DNA from: Candidatus Saccharimonadota bacterium
GTDB lineage: Bacteria; Patescibacteriota; Gracilibacteria; Absconditabacterales; Absconditicoccaceae
Assembly (NCBI GenBank): GCA_965231145.1
Contig: OZ246420.1
Coordinates: 840,001 to 872,000 of the forward strand
Direction of reading: 5' to 3'
DNA: 32,000 nucleotides
Translations under genes and position numbers: made by a program
Shown here: piece by piece, positions 29,339-32,000 of the stretch
Layout of the letters: the number at the start of each line of letters is the position of its first letter
How positions within the stretch are numbered: the first letter of the stretch is position 1
Notes under the pieces: model-generated
Told to the model about the DNA's origin: nothing
What the model saw: the letters and a program-made list of their open reading frames with translations, nothing else
The model's database searches: none

Positions 29339-31657
29339 ATGCAACTCCTCGCAACCACCTATCAAAATATTTGACCGTTTTTAGGCCGTACGATTACGGT
29401 GGTTTTTCAGAAAGGGAAATATTTGATCAAAGCGCCAATAGGAAGTGGAAAATCATTTATGTTTTTCGATGGGCCGGTATTTGGCTTGTACAAGTATAGT
29501 TGACGCACCATGCTCAGCATGAAAGCTGAGGAAGGTTATATCAAAGCTCTTTTTGAAGTCGGCGGAAATTACTATCTTGTTGTCAGAGCGCTTACTCGTA
29601 CAAAATCAGGTTGAGATGGAGTGAAGTCAAAACTCTTCACATTAGAAAATATTCCTACAGATCTATGACTGAAAGATGTCATAAATGAATCTGCAGATAT
29701 AGAAAATATTCTCCGTGATCAGTGAGTAGCTCTCGAAGAAGTTATCTTCAAAAATGAGACTGATTTGCAACAGAACTTAGCCGATTTTCTGCCACCAAGA
29801 GAAGTGTTTACCAGCACGACATTTCTCATGCAGGACAGTGAGAACATGTTCGAGATGACTGCAGCAGATAGGATCAATGTCTTCAAGAATATTTTTTGAC
29901 TCCTCGATATCGACGAAGCAAAAGAACTCATTGCAAATGAGAAAAAAGATGTCTCTGCAACCATTAAATCGAGAAAAAACACTGATGACGTCAACGCAAA
30001 GCTCCAGCGTGGAGTTAACGAATATATTACTATTGTGACGAACAATAAAGATGCAGCATCTGATGCTATCATTTCTCATGCAGAAGATTGGTCTATGGTG
30101 CAAGATAAGCTTGGCACAGAAAACTTTGATATTGCATCGCTTCCGCTTAGCTCATGGCAGACATTGCATGAACAATATGACAAAAAAAGAGCTGAGTACC
30201 AAGCGAGCATGGGTGAACGTAAGGCGCTAGAAACACAACAACTACAGACTTCTCAGGAAATTGAGAAGTTGAAAGAGCAAAGAGCAAAGAGCAAAATTAT
30301 GATTGAGAATCTCGAGAACAAGCTAAATACTGACAATAGTACTATCATCAAAGATTTTGTGATCAAAAAGCAGGACCTGCTTGCTCAGCAGGAGCTTATT
30401 ACTCATGAACTACCGCTAGAAGCACTTGGTCTCAGCAATGTCTACGAACTCAATACATATATCATCGAGCTGGTTCAAAAAGGAAAAGATCTCGCAAGCA
30501 AGAAAGAACAAAGCAAGCAAAAATTAGACTATCTCGAAAACGATCTTAAGAAGATCGATGAACGTAAAAACGGTATTGCGCAGCAATTAGCTATTGTAGA
30601 TGAGTCGCGCTCAAAACAACAGTTTTTCTGTACAAAGATTGAAGACAACTGTCCATTTTTGGAGCAGATAAACCAAGGAATGTTTAAACGTCTCGATGAA
30701 CAAAAGTCTCTTTTAGAAAAAGAGTTAGCATGACTCGATAAAGAAAAAATAGAGGCCGAACGCATCAAAGCAACCAAGGAATTAGAAGATGCAAAGGACG
30801 CCTATGATCGTGCCATTGAAGAGTATAAAAAATATGATTTCAAGAAAATAAAAGAACAGATAGATGAATATAGCAAGCTTGATAGAGAACGCGGTGAAGT
30901 CGATAAGAAAATAACCGTGCTTGATAAAGAAAAAGAATTACAGGAGGGTTATAGGACCGAGATCATACAGCTGCAGTCTCAGATAAAAAGCAATGAAGAA
31001 AGCATGAGCACCTTGAATACTCACTTAGTAAAGCTTGATACGCAGCTCAAGAAATTGCAAGAGACAACAAACATTAATGAGCTCGACAAAGTAGAAGCAA
31101 TGCTCTCCTCTATCGCGAGAGCGACGAAGATCCTTGAGTGAATAAAAGATCTCGTCGAGACACATAAGAATAATATGCTTCTCATTAAGCAGCTCGAAGA
31201 GAGAGAAGCGATGCTTGGACAGCTCTATACGATCTTTAGTAAAGAGATCATGATCCATGTACTGCAGCAAACGCTGCCACTTTTTGCCGATGTGTTGAAT
31301 AATTTATTAGCGAAGGTAGTAGAGTATACTGTCAGCTTTGAGACAAAAAATACCGGAGAGAAATTAGAGCTCGAGATTAAGGTACATGATGCCAAGGGAG
31401 AAAGACTCGTGAAATCACTTTCGGGAGGACAAAAAACTATCCTCAGGCTCACATGGACGCTTGCTATCTGTATTTTCACTCGCAGCAATGCGCTCTTCCT
31501 CGACGAAACGATTAATAATATCGACAAAGAAACCATAGGAAAAGTCGCTGACCTTATCGATGATTTCACGAAAACACACGATATTATGTTCTATATTATC
31601 ACACACTCAGAGACTATTCAGGAGATGGAGATTTGGGATAAGGTGATTAGTCTTTAA
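29339..31657 (+). CDS. SbcC/Rad50-family coiled-coil ATPase (772 aa, table 25)
   Basis: Track ORFs 30035, 30917 and 31175 plus the untracked 5' part share one frame. I translated 29339-30035 and found only TGAs. Motifs present: Walker A APIGSGKSFMFFDG, FKNIF-G-LL, a long heptad-rich middle, signature SLSGGQKT, Walker B LFLDE and D-loop ITHS. It ends at TAA 31655-31657. Confidence 0.85.
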
Positions 31658-32000
31658 AGCAAATTATTCGGCTGAAGAAATTTTTCTTTCATAGCAACAT
31701 TCAACTGGGAATAAAGATGTTTAATTTCTTTTTCATGGTTAAATTTCTTCCAATCTTCAAAAATAAGTCCTGTTGTCATAGTCAGATGTCGTAGTTTATA
31801 GTTTCACTGAGGCAGAGATCACATATTTTCGCTATATTGTTTCATGGTCTCATCTTTACGAACATTATGACTCACTCACCTATCCAACAATTTATAAAGA
31901 TGTTGTTCAAAAGCCTTGTAGACTTCCGCTCCTGTTTTTTGTGATAAAAAGTCTTCTTTTATACCATTTATAGTGACAAATCCTTTTCTCGAGTGCGATG
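31654..32000 (-). CDS. Hypothetical protein, 3' part only (runs off the window)
   Basis: The open frame from the window edge to TAA 31654-31656 contains three in-frame TGAs. The C-terminus is ...GLIFEDWKKFNHEKEIKHLYSQLNVAMKEKFLQPNNLL. I recognise no family. Confidence 0.45.

Noticed and set aside
1-32000. Alternative recoding: table 4 (UGA = Trp, as in Mycoplasma/Spiroplasma).
   Set aside because: The TGA positions align with invariant Gly (Nudix PGG, UvrA IGPG, OmpR GxGY, EgtD IGN) and with GGA in paralogous FN3 repeats. Tryptophans in conserved contexts are encoded by TGG.
1-32000. Search of all intergenic regions for tRNA genes (especially a tRNA-Gly-UCA), rRNA, transposase/IS ends and integrases.
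   Set aside because: I found no cloverleaf-compatible segment with a GTTCGAATC-like T-arm, no rRNA-like sequence, and no terminal inverted repeats with a transposase ORF. The suppressor-type tRNA must lie outside this window.

Overview
AT-rich bacterial chromosomal segment that only reads coherently under translation table 25 (UGA = Gly), the code of Candidatus Gracilibacteria/Absconditabacteria (CPR/Patescibacteria). In the supplied standard-code ORF track, uvrA, a two-component system, a TrmB-like regulator, an SbcC-like ATPase and a giant surface protein are broken into dozens of pieces. Every break I checked is a TGA, all pieces of each gene share one frame, and no TAA/TAG intervenes. The TGAs fall on conserved glycines: Nudix box, UvrA 'IGPG', OmpR C-terminal 'GxGY', the HATPase C-terminal glycine and the EgtD 'IGN' motif. 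They also alternate with GGA at homologous positions of paralogous repeats. Re-read this way the window holds about 22 CDSs. These are a Nudix/NrtR-like regulator, two hypotheticals, dnaK with a CIRCE-like operator pair, a small basic protein, and an OmpR-type response regulator with its histidine kinase. Next come secreted and membrane proteins and a 2,591-codon secreted giant (LamG, FN3, SGNH-esterase-like domain, twelve tandem 90-aa FN3 units, SLH-like C-terminus). The rest are a TGA-free lipoprotein plus beta-barrel-like pair, a TrmB-like regulator coupled to an EgtD-like methyltransferase fused to ~630 aa of unknown function, uvrA, an FtsA-like protein, a MraY/WecA-family transferase, an orphan SbcC/Rad50-like ATPase and one partial CDS. 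I recognised no rRNA, tRNA, CRISPR array or mobile element. All coordinates and translations were done by hand, so starts are less certain than frames and stops.
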